Shown: positions 48,236-58,761 of the stretch, piece by piece
Position numbering within the stretch: the first letter of the stretch is position 1
Layout: every line of letters begins with the position of its first letter
Assembly: GCA_048885525.1 (NCBI GenBank)
Contig: JBHLLP010000001.1
Coordinates: 64,001 to 128,000, forward strand
Reading direction: 5' to 3'
DNA: 64,000 nt
DNA from: Candidatus Hermodarchaeota archaeon
GTDB taxonomy: Archaea; Asgardarchaeota; Lokiarchaeia; Sigyniarchaeales; SOKP01
Notes under the pieces: model-generated
The model's input: only the letters and a program-made list of their open reading frames with translations
Databases searched by the model: none
What the model was told of the DNA's origin: nothing
Made by a program: the position numbers and the translations under genes

Positions 48236-48259
48236 TTTATATATATTTTTTATAATTTA

Positions 48260-48481
48260 TTAATCATAAGAGATAAGAAATGTATATTTCTCAAGATTAA
48301 ACTTCTTTATTTTTATCTCGTTGTTTTTTTCTTTTTTTGGAAAAAGAGGCATTTTGATTACTATTTTATATTTATCTAAGTAAAAATTATTATAAAAAAC
48401 ATTCTCAAATTTATCCCAATCTATAAATTTTTGAATGGAAATCTGATTATTTTTTATTGTTGGTATTAAAGACATAGCCAT
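48260..48481 (-). CDS. Small hypothetical protein
   Basis: 73-aa ORF with ATG start. Confidence 0.5.
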   Translation of the reverse strand: MAMSLIPTIKNNQISIQKFIDWDKFENVFYNNFYLDKYKIVIKMPLFPKKEKNNEIKIKKFNLEKYTFLISYD

Positions 48482-48867
48482 TTTTTTAATTTTTACAGAG
48501 ATTTATTAAATTTTAATAAATGTGAACAATTTTATTTTTTAATACTTTTATAATGCTGTAATTGTTCCGAAATAACAAATAGATGGTTATTTCTGAATGA
48601 TAGCGTAAAATGGTACCATCTATATTATAATAAATTGTATATTTAAATGTTTCTTTAATATTATTTAAAGAAAGATTAATCGTTTAACATTAGCTATGAA
48701 CTTCTTATTAATGAGAGTTTATTTTCCATGCGATTTTTTAATAATAATAACCTTTAATCAAGGTTTTCTTAAAATTAAAGACAAAATAGTACAAAATTGA
48801 AATCATTTTTGGATAAACTTTTTAAATCTGATTTTATTTAAATTTAAAAGAAATTTGGAAGTTAAAT

Positions 48868-50832
48868 ATGGAAACTGGCTTTTTTGGAAGAGTCTTATGG
48901 ATTAACCTTACAGAAGAGAATTTTAAAGAGGTAAAAATAAACAAAGAGATATATAGGCAATATCTCGGAGGATATGGGTTAGGTGTAAAATTAATTTACG
49001 AAAAAATGCCTGCTAAATTAGATCCATTAGATCCTGAATCTGTCTTCGGATTTTTTCCAGGACTATTAACAGGAACTGCAGCACCATTTTCTGGAAGGTA
49101 TATGGTAGCTGGCAAATCTCCACTTACGGGAACTTGGGGTGATTCTAATTCTGGAGGAATTTTTGGGCCAGAAATAAAAAAATGTGGATACGATGCTATT
49201 CTTTTTAAAGGAATCGCCAATTCGCCTAAATATCTCTATATTACTGGGGATAATAAAGAAATTTTAGATGCTTCAAAAATCTGGGGTTTAGATATAATTG
49301 CAACAGAAAAAAAATTGAAAGAAAAACATGGTAAATTTATTAAAACTGCAGCAATTGGAAAAGCTGGTGAAAATTTATCTCGTATTTCTGGAATTGGTAA
49401 TGACAAAGGAAGAATTGCTGCTCGAGCGGGATTAGGGGCAATTATGGGTTCAAAAAATTTAAAAGCTTTAGTTTTAAAGGGGGATAGGAAGATTTCCATT
49501 TACAACAAAGAAAAATTCTTAAAATTAATAAGATTTTATAATGAAAGCGGAACACATGAGGAACCTAACAAATTAATTCGATCAATTCTGAAAAATGTTC
49601 CAAGATTGGCTAAAACTATTCGTAGATTTAGAATTGGATTCACGGGGCCCCCAAAAATGATCCGAGAAATTTACAAATCTTTTGGAACTAGCGTTGGAAA
49701 CACAATTTCAGCAGAATCAAATGATTCTCCAATAAAAAATTGGAGTGGAATCGGTATGTATGATTTTCCATTTAAAAAATCTAATAATTTATCTGCAATA
49801 AAGATTCAAAAATATAAAATCAGAGAATATGGATGTTTTAGTTGTCCAGTTCAATGTGGTGGAATTTTAAAAGTACCAGAATTAGATCTAGATGAAACAC
49901 ACCTTCCAGAATATGAAACTTGTTGTTCATTTGGTGCCCTCTTACTTAATGATGATCTAATCTCAATATTCGAGTTAAATGAATTATGTAATCGCGCAGC
50001 AATAGATACGATATCTACAGGTGCTACTATCGCTTTTGCTATAGAATGTTTTGAAAATGGTATTCTAACTAAAAAAGATACTGATGGGTTAGAATTAACA
50101 TGGGGAAACTCAAAATCTATTGTTGAATTAGCTAAAAAGATAATAAACCGTGATGGAATAGGAGATATTTTAGCAGATGGATGTAAAATTGCGGCACAAA
50201 AAATAGGAAAAGATTCAGATAAATATGCGATAACATCCTTAGGTTCTGAAATTGCTATGCATAATCCAAGAGTTTTTCCTTCATTAGCTTTTACATATAA
50301 TTATGATCCAACTCCTGGAAGACATACTGCCGCAAGTATTGATTTTATTGACATTGGACCAATAAATAAATTTCAAAAGGGATTTAAACTACCAAAAGGG
50401 TGGAAAAAGAATGACAAGAAGAAACAAGAAGGTCAAAAATTAGTTACTGCCTTTCATCAAGTTCTTAGTAGTGTTGGGCTATGTATGTTTTCAACTTTGT
50501 TTGGATCATATCCTCTTATCGATCTGATTAATAATTTAACTGGATGGGATATTAAAGTTGACGAAATTATAAAAATTGGATTAAGAATTCAAACATTACG
50601 TCAATCATTCACTTTACGGGAAGAGATAGACATTGCTAATAATAAATTACCCTATAGAGTTACTGGTCATCCTCCAGACGATAAAGGCCCAACAAAAGGT
50701 ATATCAGTTGAATATGAAGAATTTTACCGAGGATTCTGTCGTGAAATGGGATGGAATCCTAAAAATGGATACCCTTTAATAGAAACTCTAAAAGATCTAA
50801 ATTTGGATTTTGTTATAAAGGATTTATATTAA
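48868..50832 (+). CDS. aor: Aldehyde:ferredoxin oxidoreductase (tungstopterin AOR family)
   Basis: YLGGYGLG, KSPLTG, SNSGG, GAIMGSKNLKA, CFSCPVQC, PEYET, DTISTG and GLCMF motifs. Confidence 0.92.
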   Translation: METGFFGRVLWINLTEENFKEVKINKEIYRQYLGGYGLGVKLIYEKMPAKLDPLDPESVFGFFPGLLTGTAAPFSGRYMVAGKSPLTGTWGDSNSGGIFGPEIKKCGYDAILFKGIANSPKYLYITGDNKEILDASKIWGLDIIATEKKLKEKHGKFIKTAAIGKAGENLSRISGIGNDKGRIAARAGLGAIMGSKNLKALVLKGDRKISIYNKEKFLKLIRFYNESGTHEEPNKLIRSILKNVPRLAKTIRRFRIGFTGPPKMIREIYKSFGTSVGNTISAESNDSPIKNWSGIGMYDFPFKKSNNLSAIKIQKYKIREYGCFSCPVQCGGILKVPELDLDETHLPEYETCCSFGALLLNDDLISIFELNELCNRAAIDTISTGATIAFAIECFENGILTKKDTDGLELTWGNSKSIVELAKKIINRDGIGDILADGCKIAAQKIGKDSDKYAITSLGSEIAMHNPRVFPSLAFTYNYDPTPGRHTAASIDFIDIGPINKFQKGFKLPKGWKKNDKKKQEGQKLVTAFHQVLSSVGLCMFSTLFGSYPLIDLINNLTGWDIKVDEIIKIGLRIQTLRQSFTLREEIDIANNKLPYRVTGHPPDDKGPTKGISVEYEEFYRGFCREMGWNPKNGYPLIETLKDLNLDFVIKDLY

Positions 50833-50864
50833 AGCCATATTTTTCTTTATAAAATTACTATCTA

Positions 50865-51350
50865 GTGGAATACATTATTATGAATGATACAAAACCTATT
50901 GATTTGAATTCTTTTATAAAGACCACTGTGGTTAAAAATTACATAAAAGTAAGAGGAAAACATTCACCAATTTCAGAAATTGTCAATAAAGTTTCCAAAT
51001 CTTTATCAGTAAAAAAAATCTATGATTTGAGAGAAAGAGAAAATCATTTTTATGTTATAATAGTAAAAAATTATTCTAAGCATCCAAAATTAAGATATTT
51101 CATAGCAATTTCATTAGCAAATAATAGTTCTGATTTATTAGTTCAACTCGCAAGAAACATAGCTGTCAGAAATGATTTAAAATTGATTCAATATTCAATC
51201 TTTCCAAAGACCTTAAGAATTCAATTATTATTACTAAAAGAAATTAAAAAAGTTGAAGATTATGCTATCTTTATTGAAAAACTGAAAACTTTTAGAAAAG
51301 AATTTCGTACTAAACTCAGCAATTTAAGGAATTTAGTGGAAAATGAATAA
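50865..51350 (+). CDS. Hypothetical basic protein
   Basis: 161-aa ORF between aor and pyk. Confidence 0.65.
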   Translation: MEYIIMNDTKPIDLNSFIKTTVVKNYIKVRGKHSPISEIVNKVSKSLSVKKIYDLRERENHFYVIIVKNYSKHPKLRYFIAISLANNSSDLLVQLARNIAVRNDLKLIQYSIFPKTLRIQLLLLKEIKKVEDYAIFIEKLKTFRKEFRTKLSNLRNLVENE

Positions 51351-51440
51351 TTTTTAAGGATGAACATAATAATATTATTATCATAATAATTTTCATTTTA
51401 GAATCCGAAATACTTTAAACTTAAGAAAAGGTTAATAAAA

Positions 51441-52919
51441 ATGTCATTTAGAGAGAATACTGTAAAGATCGTCTCAACATTAGGTCCAGCTTCAAGTTCA
51501 AAGACGATGCTTAAAAATTTAATAGAAGCTGGAGTTGATATTTTTAGATTAAATTTTTCCCATGGATCTCATGATGAAAAACGAGAATTATTTAATAGAG
51601 TTAGAGAAGTAAGTGAATATACAGGAATATTAGCTGATATTCAAGGACCTAAAATCAGAGTGGGAAAATTTAAGGAAGATCAAGCATATAGCTTAAGTAT
51701 CGGTCAAGAAGTTAAAGTTTTTGAAAAAGATATTGAAGGTGATCAAAAACAATTTTCAGTTCCTTTAGAGGGTTTTCTTAAATCAATAAGAGTCGGAGAT
51801 GTATTCTTTGTAAATGATGGAATTATTAAAATTAAAGTCATCAGAAAAGAATCAGACCATATAGTAGGAGAAGTACTAGCTGGAGGCATGATCAGCAACA
51901 GAAAAGGAGTCAATATTCCAACTGGAGAATTATCTCAAAGAGTTCCTACTGAAAAAGACATAGAAGATCTTAAATTTATTGCTGAAATGGATCCTGAATA
52001 TGTAGCAATTTCATTTGTAGCAAGTGGAGATGATGTCTTAAATGTTCGACGAATTCTTGAGAATTATGGAAATTCTAAAATAAAATTAATTTCAAAAATC
52101 GAACGACCTATAGCATTAACTAATTTTGATCAAATCCTAGAAGTAAGCGACGGAATCATGGTTGCTAGAGGAGATTTAGGAGTTGAAATAGATCCGGATA
52201 AAGTACCATTATGGCAAAAAGAAATGATATATAAAGCTAATCGAGAGGGAAAACCCATTATTGTAGCAACTCAAATGCTAGAATCAATGATCTCTAATCC
52301 TATACCTACCAGAGCAGAAGCCAATGATGTATATAATGCTGTTATGGATGGAACTGATGCAGTAATGCTTTCAGCAGAAACTGCAATGGGAAAATATCCT
52401 ATTAATTCTGTTCAATATATGAATCAAATTGCTAAAACTGCAACTGAAAATATGCCTAAAAGAATTCCTGATGAATATGATTCTGATCGATTAACTCATA
52501 CTCAAACTCTTGGACATGCTATACATTCTTTGGCATCAGAAATGCAAGAATTAAATTTTAGGGGGAAAATTTTGGTGATCACGAGGAGAGGTTATGGAGC
52601 TAGAATGATAGCGAAATATCGACCTCCTTTACCAATAATTGCAATAACACCACGTAAAAGAACAGCTAGAGAATTAAATCTAGTTTGGGCTGTTCAAGCT
52701 ATTCAAATTGCAAATATTGATTTCTTCAATATGGATGCTGAAGAGATAATAGAGCAATCTGTTAAACTCGCCGTTGAAAATAAATTATTAGACGAGAATG
52801 AGCATGTAATAATCTTATTGGTTTCAAGAAAATTTGAACGTAGAGGAAATTTGGTAGGTTTTTATTATGTTGGTGAAATTATCGAATCTAAATCTGAAAA
52901 AAAGAAATTGAATAATTAA
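51441..52919 (+). CDS. pyk: Pyruvate kinase
   Basis: TLGPAS, RLNFSHG, DIQGPKIR, MVARGDLGVE, ATQMLESM and DAVMLS motifs. Confidence 0.97.
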   Translation: MSFRENTVKIVSTLGPASSSKTMLKNLIEAGVDIFRLNFSHGSHDEKRELFNRVREVSEYTGILADIQGPKIRVGKFKEDQAYSLSIGQEVKVFEKDIEGDQKQFSVPLEGFLKSIRVGDVFFVNDGIIKIKVIRKESDHIVGEVLAGGMISNRKGVNIPTGELSQRVPTEKDIEDLKFIAEMDPEYVAISFVASGDDVLNVRRILENYGNSKIKLISKIERPIALTNFDQILEVSDGIMVARGDLGVEIDPDKVPLWQKEMIYKANREGKPIIVATQMLESMISNPIPTRAEANDVYNAVMDGTDAVMLSAETAMGKYPINSVQYMNQIAKTATENMPKRIPDEYDSDRLTHTQTLGHAIHSLASEMQELNFRGKILVITRRGYGARMIAKYRPPLPIIAITPRKRTARELNLVWAVQAIQIANIDFFNMDAEEIIEQSVKLAVENKLLDENEHVIILLVSRKFERRGNLVGFYYVGEIIESKSEKKKLNN

Positions 52920-53073
52920 ATTGAATTCTCAATGATTATTTAAACAATAAGGTTATTGAATTTTAACTAAATACTATATAAACTATTTTAAATTTTAATA
53001 AGTTATAGATTTTTATTTACCAAATTAAAATCTATTATTATTAGAATTAAAAAAATGGATTGAGGTAAAAATT

Positions 53074-53502
53074 ATGAGTACTGAATGGAAACATGCATCA
53101 TGGGTATCCACTCTGGGAAAATGGGCATGGGTTTTGATAATAATAAATAGCATTATAGATATCATTTGGGGTCTTATTATCATAATTCCACTCGCGGTTC
53201 TACCATATGGTTATTTATTGATGGGTTACGGTATTTGGCTACTTTTGGGGGGAATTATAAATGCTTTAATCGCATTCTTTATTATATTGCCAAAATTCTC
53301 TAAAAAGTGCAGTGAAAGAGACTGGGATTCTCTATTAAATTGGGTTTTACCTATTGGCAGTTTAAGATTTCCATGGATGCTTTTATGGGGAATAATCCTA
53401 GAAATTTTTGGATATGGTTGGGGTGGGTTACCAGTATTAATTCCAGCAATTTTCTTATTATTCACTGGTCCAAAACGATATGAATGGTCATCTCAAAAAT
53501 AG
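53074..53502 (+). CDS. Trp-rich membrane protein
   Basis: Three to four TM segments; GAGGT SD-like sequence upstream. Confidence 0.72.
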   Translation: MSTEWKHASWVSTLGKWAWVLIIINSIIDIIWGLIIIIPLAVLPYGYLLMGYGIWLLLGGIINALIAFFIILPKFSKKCSERDWDSLLNWVLPIGSLRFPWMLLWGIILEIFGYGWGGLPVLIPAIFLLFTGPKRYEWSSQK

Positions 53503-53623
53503 AGAACAAATTTCATCTATATTTTTTTTTTTTCATTGTTTAAAGAAATTTTTAGACTATTATTGTATTTATATAAATCTATTTTTTTAACTCTTGAAAT
53601 AATAAAAAATATCTAAGATTGAA

Positions 53624-54028
53624 ATGTATAATTCTTTCAAGAAATTTAATAATAAGATATATACAGGTATGAGAATAGGGAACTCTCATCATTGGAATTA
53701 CACTAATGGAAAATGGTATGAAACTAAAAAAGAACCTGATAAATGGAATTTCACATTTGAAAGTCTAAAAACAAGGATTAACCCAGCACCAATCAACAGT
53801 GGTGCTGACATCAATACTCAATTTCATTGGTATATAATTGCTGATCAAATTGCAACTAAAATTGATAACAATTCTTATATGACCTCAATGAATGGAATTA
53901 AATTTAAAATTGGGCATAAGCGCCCCTATTGGAGAACTTTTAGTTATAATTACCCAAATCAAATAGGATATAAAGAAAAAGTAATTGAAATCTTAGAACG
54001 AATTCTTTTTGAACTCAAGAATAAATAA
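53624..54028 (+). CDS. Uncharacterised aromatic-rich beta protein (YTGM.IG.SHHW.Y motif)
   Basis: Distinctive YTGMRIGNSHHWNY, FHWYIIADQ and GHKRP motifs. Confidence 0.7.
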   Translation: MYNSFKKFNNKIYTGMRIGNSHHWNYTNGKWYETKKEPDKWNFTFESLKTRINPAPINSGADINTQFHWYIIADQIATKIDNNSYMTSMNGIKFKIGHKRPYWRTFSYNYPNQIGYKEKVIEILERILFELKNK

Positions 54029-54069
54029 TTTCAAGAAGATGTATTCAAAAATTAAGGTGAAAATGTCGC

Positions 54070-54279
54070 TTAATTTGTATTTAAATATTTAATTTTTGGT
54101 TTTATATCGATATTTGGCTGATATTTGGTTTTGAAACAATAGCAATGACAACAATATAATTCAATATAATTACAATTCCAAATTTTAGTTAAGTAGTTGA
54201 TATCTTTTGGACTACTATTTTTAATATAACTTTCATAATCCAGATCTTTTCCGCATCTAAAGCACTTTCTTGATCTCAT
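54070..54279 (-). CDS. Small zinc-finger protein
   Basis: CFRCG near the N-terminus and YCCHCY near the C-terminus. Confidence 0.7.
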   Translation of the reverse strand: MRSRKCFRCGKDLDYESYIKNSSPKDINYLTKIWNCNYIELYCCHCYCFKTKYQPNIDIKPKIKYLNTN

Positions 54280-54300
54280 TTTTAAAAAAATACAATTGAT

Positions 54301-54816
54301 TTAAAATTGTTCATAATGAACAATCTTATCAATAGACTTTCTTTCTTTTACTTCACCTTTAGGTTTTACTGAATATCCTAGAGGTGTTAATCCCATTACT
54401 TTATATTTTTTAGGTATTTTTAATGCTTCTTTAACCTCTTCTTCGTTAAATTGACCAATCCAACAAGTTGCTAAACCTTCAGCTGTAGCAGCTAAAATTA
54501 AATGTTCAAAACAGATACCAAAATCAACACCATAATATTTTTCTCCATTTTTATTTACTCCAGATCCGCTTGTAGAAATGATCCCAACAATAAATATTGG
54601 GGCTTCTATAAATTTTTTTTCTTGTCCAACCGCTTTCCATACAGCTTTAATATTTTCAGGCTCTTTTACTACAATATAATGAACACCTTGCATATTAGCC
54701 CATGTTGGAGCCAGACGCGCAGCTTCTAAAATTCTATCAACTTTTTCTTTTTCTGGCATATCTGGTTTATAAACTCGAAAACTTCTTCGCCTTTTCACTA
54801 CATCGTAAAAATCCAT
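54301..54816 (-). CDS. Nitroreductase family protein
   Basis: RRSFRVY, ARLAPTWANMQ, LAATAEGLATCWIG and PLGY motifs. Confidence 0.92.
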   Translation of the reverse strand: MDFYDVVKRRRSFRVYKPDMPEKEKVDRILEAARLAPTWANMQGVHYIVVKEPENIKAVWKAVGQEKKFIEAPIFIVGIISTSGSGVNKNGEKYYGVDFGICFEHLILAATAEGLATCWIGQFNEEEVKEALKIPKKYKVMGLTPLGYSVKPKGEVKERKSIDKIVHYEQF

Positions 54817-54949
54817 ATTAAATCTCTTTATTCAATTTTAAATTTAAAAAATTAAATGAATCCAAAAATTTTAACTTATCGATAGCGTAATTAAACCAAT
54901 ATTATCCTAAACTATGATTTTTGTGATCCATACCAATTTAAATTTCAAT

Positions 54950-55435
54950 CTAAGGTTGTGAAATATTCTTCAGCTTTTCTTCTTCTTTAATACTATTAAA
55001 TAATTCGTTTCCACATTTAATACAGTTTTCTTCGTACCAAGAAAAAGGATTTTCACATTTAGAACATAACCACCTATCTTTTTGTTGCTCTAGCCAAGCT
55101 TGGACTCCAATTTCTTTAATAATATCAAAACTATGAACTGAAACATTATGATGCGGCAAGTTATATTTTTCTATTCTTTTAAATTCCTTACAAGGATATT
55201 CAGAACACTCATTACAAAGTTCTATTCCTTTTGATTGAGCACATTTGCGAATATTACATCCTCGACAATTTTCAAATAATATATCACTTTTGCAACCATG
55301 ACATTTAAATTCCATATTTTGGATACTACTCAACCACTCAGCTGGTATACAATCATTACGATTTTGATTATAAGCAATCATAATAAAACATGCACCACAA
55401 TATAGACCGCAATATGCATCTAATTTATAAGTCAT
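54950..55435 (-). CDS. DUF3795-type Cys-rich protein
   Basis: YCGLYCGAC, CHGC, CNECSEYPC and CSKC...CIKCG motifs. Confidence 0.82.
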   Translation of the reverse strand: MTYKLDAYCGLYCGACFIMIAYNQNRNDCIPAEWLSSIQNMEFKCHGCKSDILFENCRGCNIRKCAQSKGIELCNECSEYPCKEFKRIEKYNLPHHNVSVHSFDIIKEIGVQAWLEQQKDRWLCSKCENPFSWYEENCIKCGNELFNSIKEEEKLKNISQP

Positions 55436-55595
55436 ATATAATCAATTTTTAGATTTTAAGATCAAGAAATTATATAAATAAGGATTCAATTCTCTTTTAA
55501 ATCTTTTAAATTAAAAATAATCTTTCTTAATATTTACTAAATTAAACTTATTCTGACAGGATCGTTTGATACTGAATTAAATAATTATTCACTTA

Positions 55596-56343
55596 CTATT
55601 TTTTATATAAACCAAAGAAAATGATCAGAAAAATAATAATATCTACTGTCTCAACTATTACTAAGTATATTGCTTCTTCTCCAATAATATTTAGCAGTAA
55701 TGGTCTAAAAATACTTGATAGCATATATAAGAAGAACCCAATTGTTAGTATTCCAGGTTTAACTACTGTTAATCGATTAAATCGATAAGCCATATAGAAA
55801 ATATAGACAATTCCAATTAATGAGGGTATAAGAATAAACGGTAGAATCATTGTTACAATTGTTACACTTGGCCCTATAAGGACGATTATTGATTCAATGA
55901 TAACTATTACAGCAATTAATATTGTTCTCAATCTGTTCATATAAGCCCTACTTTTTAATGTATTATACTTATCTTCTAGTCTAAAGAAAATTACTTCCAT
56001 ACCTAGGTAGAGTAAAGGGGGTTACTTCGAAAATAATTGTAAAAAATCTAACCTTCAAAAGGAGTAAAACTACAGCTTCGCTAAATGTAAAGTAGGTCAT
56101 ATCATGAAATAGATCAAGAGCTTTCCCAAACATCAAGATCAGAAAAAACAATTCTAATAGAAAGGGAATATCTGAGAGAAATTGTGCTTCCTGCTTAAAC
56201 CATTTACCAAATAAGTAAACATAAACTTTTCTCTTTTCGATACATTTATAATTATATAATATTGAGTAAACATCATGAGAGCTGCAAGCAGTATACCCTA
56301 GTTTACCTAAAATTCTTTTATTCCAATTTTCATTGAAATTCAT
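55596..56343 (-). pseudogene. Frameshifted multi-TM membrane protein gene (or sequencing error)
   Basis: Two overlapping ORFs (55981-56343 and 55596-56000) join as ...IIFEVTP/LLYLGMEVIFFRLEDK across a CCCCCTTT run at ~56013-56020; the N-terminal part also looks scrambled. Confidence 0.6.
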
Positions 56344-56415
56344 TAATCTGTATTAGAAAGTAAAATAAACATAATTAAAATTACTAAAGAGAAAAAAAAA
56401 AAAGAAAGTTTCAGT

Positions 56416-56880
56416 TTATTCTACTGAAATTTCTATTGCAGCGAAAAAGGTCGTAAACATTATTACAAAGAGTATTAATCCCGAAATAATTAGGCATATT
56501 CTACGTGTTCTTTCATCAATTCTATCATTTACAGCAAAACTTAAAAATCCTATAAGGATAAAAAATAAAGCCACATTAACACCAACCCTAGCAATATTCA
56601 TAAAAATAACGTCTTGCCATTGCATCCAATACATAATCCCCTCAATTTCTTCTCTTCTCTCCACATAATCATTATAGCCATAAACTCCATTCCAATAATT
56701 CAATTCGTTTTCTTGATTTTGTAAATAATACCACGTACTAGCGTTTTGATCAATTGAACGGCTTATCATCATCATTAATCCAAATAAAAGTGCTGCTAAT
56801 AGTCCATATATAATGTATTTTGTAGCTTTGTTTTTATCCATTAATGGTAACTTGTCAAAGAAACTTCTTTCATCTCCCAT
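56416..56880 (-). CDS. Three-TM membrane protein
   Basis: Hydrophobic segments; 2 nt from the upstream gene. Confidence 0.72.
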   Translation of the reverse strand: MGDERSFFDKLPLMDKNKATKYIIYGLLAALLFGLMMMISRSIDQNASTWYYLQNQENELNYWNGVYGYNDYVERREEIEGIMYWMQWQDVIFMNIARVGVNVALFFILIGFLSFAVNDRIDERTRRICLIISGLILFVIMFTTFFAAIEISVE

Positions 56881-56882
56881 TT

Positions 56883-57548
56883 TTATCGACCTCCCTTAAA
56901 TTTTTTGTAATACCCATAGAATAAAAGGAGAAAAGCTACTCCTATAACTCCTGCGCCGATATAATAAAATAATTCTTCTAAGAATTCTCCCGGACCATCC
57001 ATTGTTACCACAAGATTGAACCTTACTGTAGTATCAGAAGGAGGACCATTATTATCTCCATAAACTACGATTACATAGGATCCCGGTATTGAAATGAGAT
57101 AATCTCCAGCAGTATCTCCCGCAAATTCGATATAATAATACCCATCCTCAGCATAACCAAAACTTCTCTCATTATCTGAATATATATATGTTGAAGGTGA
57201 CACACCCCAGACAAATCGTGAATAAATAAAATTTAATCCTGTCAATCCTCCTGGAGAAGTAGTATTTAAAGCATACTCTTGATCATACAATCCTTTCGAA
57301 AAAATTTTTAGAGTTGCTGAAATATTGGCATAATAGACTGAAAATTCTATGCGTACTTTTTGTCCATTTGACAAAGAAAAACGATAGGCAAATGCATCTG
57401 GTAAATTAGCACTACTATCTTCACTAATATTAACCGGCTTTCTATTATATACTTCCAACTTATCTGTAGTATAACCTAAAATTGGAGCAAGTATTAACAA
57501 TACTACACCTGCACTAAAAATAATCTTTAAGATTGTTTTTTTCGCCAT
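56883..57548 (-). CDS. Membrane-anchored protein with an extracellular beta-rich domain
   Basis: N- and C-terminal TM helices flank a beta-rich region (PGSYVIVVYG). Confidence 0.72.
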   Translation of the reverse strand: MAKKTILKIIFSAGVVLLILAPILGYTTDKLEVYNRKPVNISEDSSANLPDAFAYRFSLSNGQKVRIEFSVYYANISATLKIFSKGLYDQEYALNTTSPGGLTGLNFIYSRFVWGVSPSTYIYSDNERSFGYAEDGYYYIEFAGDTAGDYLISIPGSYVIVVYGDNNGPPSDTTVRFNLVVTMDGPGEFLEELFYYIGAGVIGVAFLLLFYGYYKKFKGGR

Positions 57549-57847
57549 TGAAAAACACCTAAATTTTTTTTTTAAAATTTATAAATTTTTGTTATTTACA
57601 GTTTCTTTAGCATACTTAAAAAATTTCATAATAATGGTTTAATTTGAAACTTTTTTGTTACATTTACTAATCTTTATATTATAATATAGGACTATTAAAT
57701 TCTTATTCAAATTTTCAGGTTCTTCATTTATTTTTATGCTTTAAAAGTAGAATATATAAATATTAAAAATTGATAAGATCTAATAGATATCCACAATCTA
57801 TTTAAAAATTATTAAATTTGAATAAAAAAACTGAGCTAAATTGATAA

Positions 57848-58615
57848 ATGACTAAGAAAGAAATTTTACAGATTTTAAATCTTATAGGATTTATTGCAAC
57901 AGTAATTGTTAATTTTCTGGCTGTTCTTCTACCAATTGGACTTGGTACCACTCAAGAATTATCTGATGCAATCCCAAACTTGTTTGTTCCAGCTGGAATT
58001 ACTTTTTCGATTTGGAGTGTAATTTATATCTTTTTAGGACTATTTTCGATTTATCAAATTAGAGATATATTTAAGTCAGACAAAATTGAGATGAAATACT
58101 TAGATAATATCGGGTATTTCTTTATTATTGGAAGTTTAGCTAATGTAATATGGATAATTGTATGGCATTATAAACTAGTTCCGTTATCTCTAATTTTTAT
58201 GATTATTCTATTAATCTCATTATTATTTATCTATACAAGATTAAACATTGGAAAATCAGATATTTCTAAAATCGAAAAAGTAGCGGTTCATATACCATTC
58301 AGTATATATTTAGGTTGGATAACTGTTGCTACAATAGCTAATGTTACAGCTGTTTTAGTTGTTCTAGGGGTGAATAGTTTTGGATTATTGGCAGAACTAT
58401 TAACAATATTAGTAATAATTGTGGCGGTGCTCATAACTTTTACTATACTTATATTACGTAAAGATTATGCTTACAGTTTTGTAGTAGTTTGGGCATTATT
58501 AGGGATTTTAATCAAACAATTAAATTCTAACTTGACAATAGCAATAACTGCGTTAATATCTGGTGTTTTAATCCTAGTAGGAATTGTATATATCATTATT
58601 CGACAAAAGAAATAA
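57848..58615 (+). CDS. TspO/tryptophan-rich sensory protein-like membrane protein
   Basis: PAGITFSIWSVIY, N..WI..WH and PFSIYLGWITVATIAN motifs. Confidence 0.78.
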   Translation: MTKKEILQILNLIGFIATVIVNFLAVLLPIGLGTTQELSDAIPNLFVPAGITFSIWSVIYIFLGLFSIYQIRDIFKSDKIEMKYLDNIGYFFIIGSLANVIWIIVWHYKLVPLSLIFMIILLISLLFIYTRLNIGKSDISKIEKVAVHIPFSIYLGWITVATIANVTAVLVVLGVNSFGLLAELLTILVIIVAVLITFTILILRKDYAYSFVVVWALLGILIKQLNSNLTIAITALISGVLILVGIVYIIIRQKK

Positions 58616-58761
58616 TTATAATATTTTTTTTTTTCCATTATCCTTTTTTTTAATTAGGGTTTAATAAAGCTATAATTTTCTAAACTCTTTAGATGATAAA
58701 TGTATTTATTATTTCTTATGAAATTGCTCAACTTCAGCTATTTCTGATACTATAGTGATCA

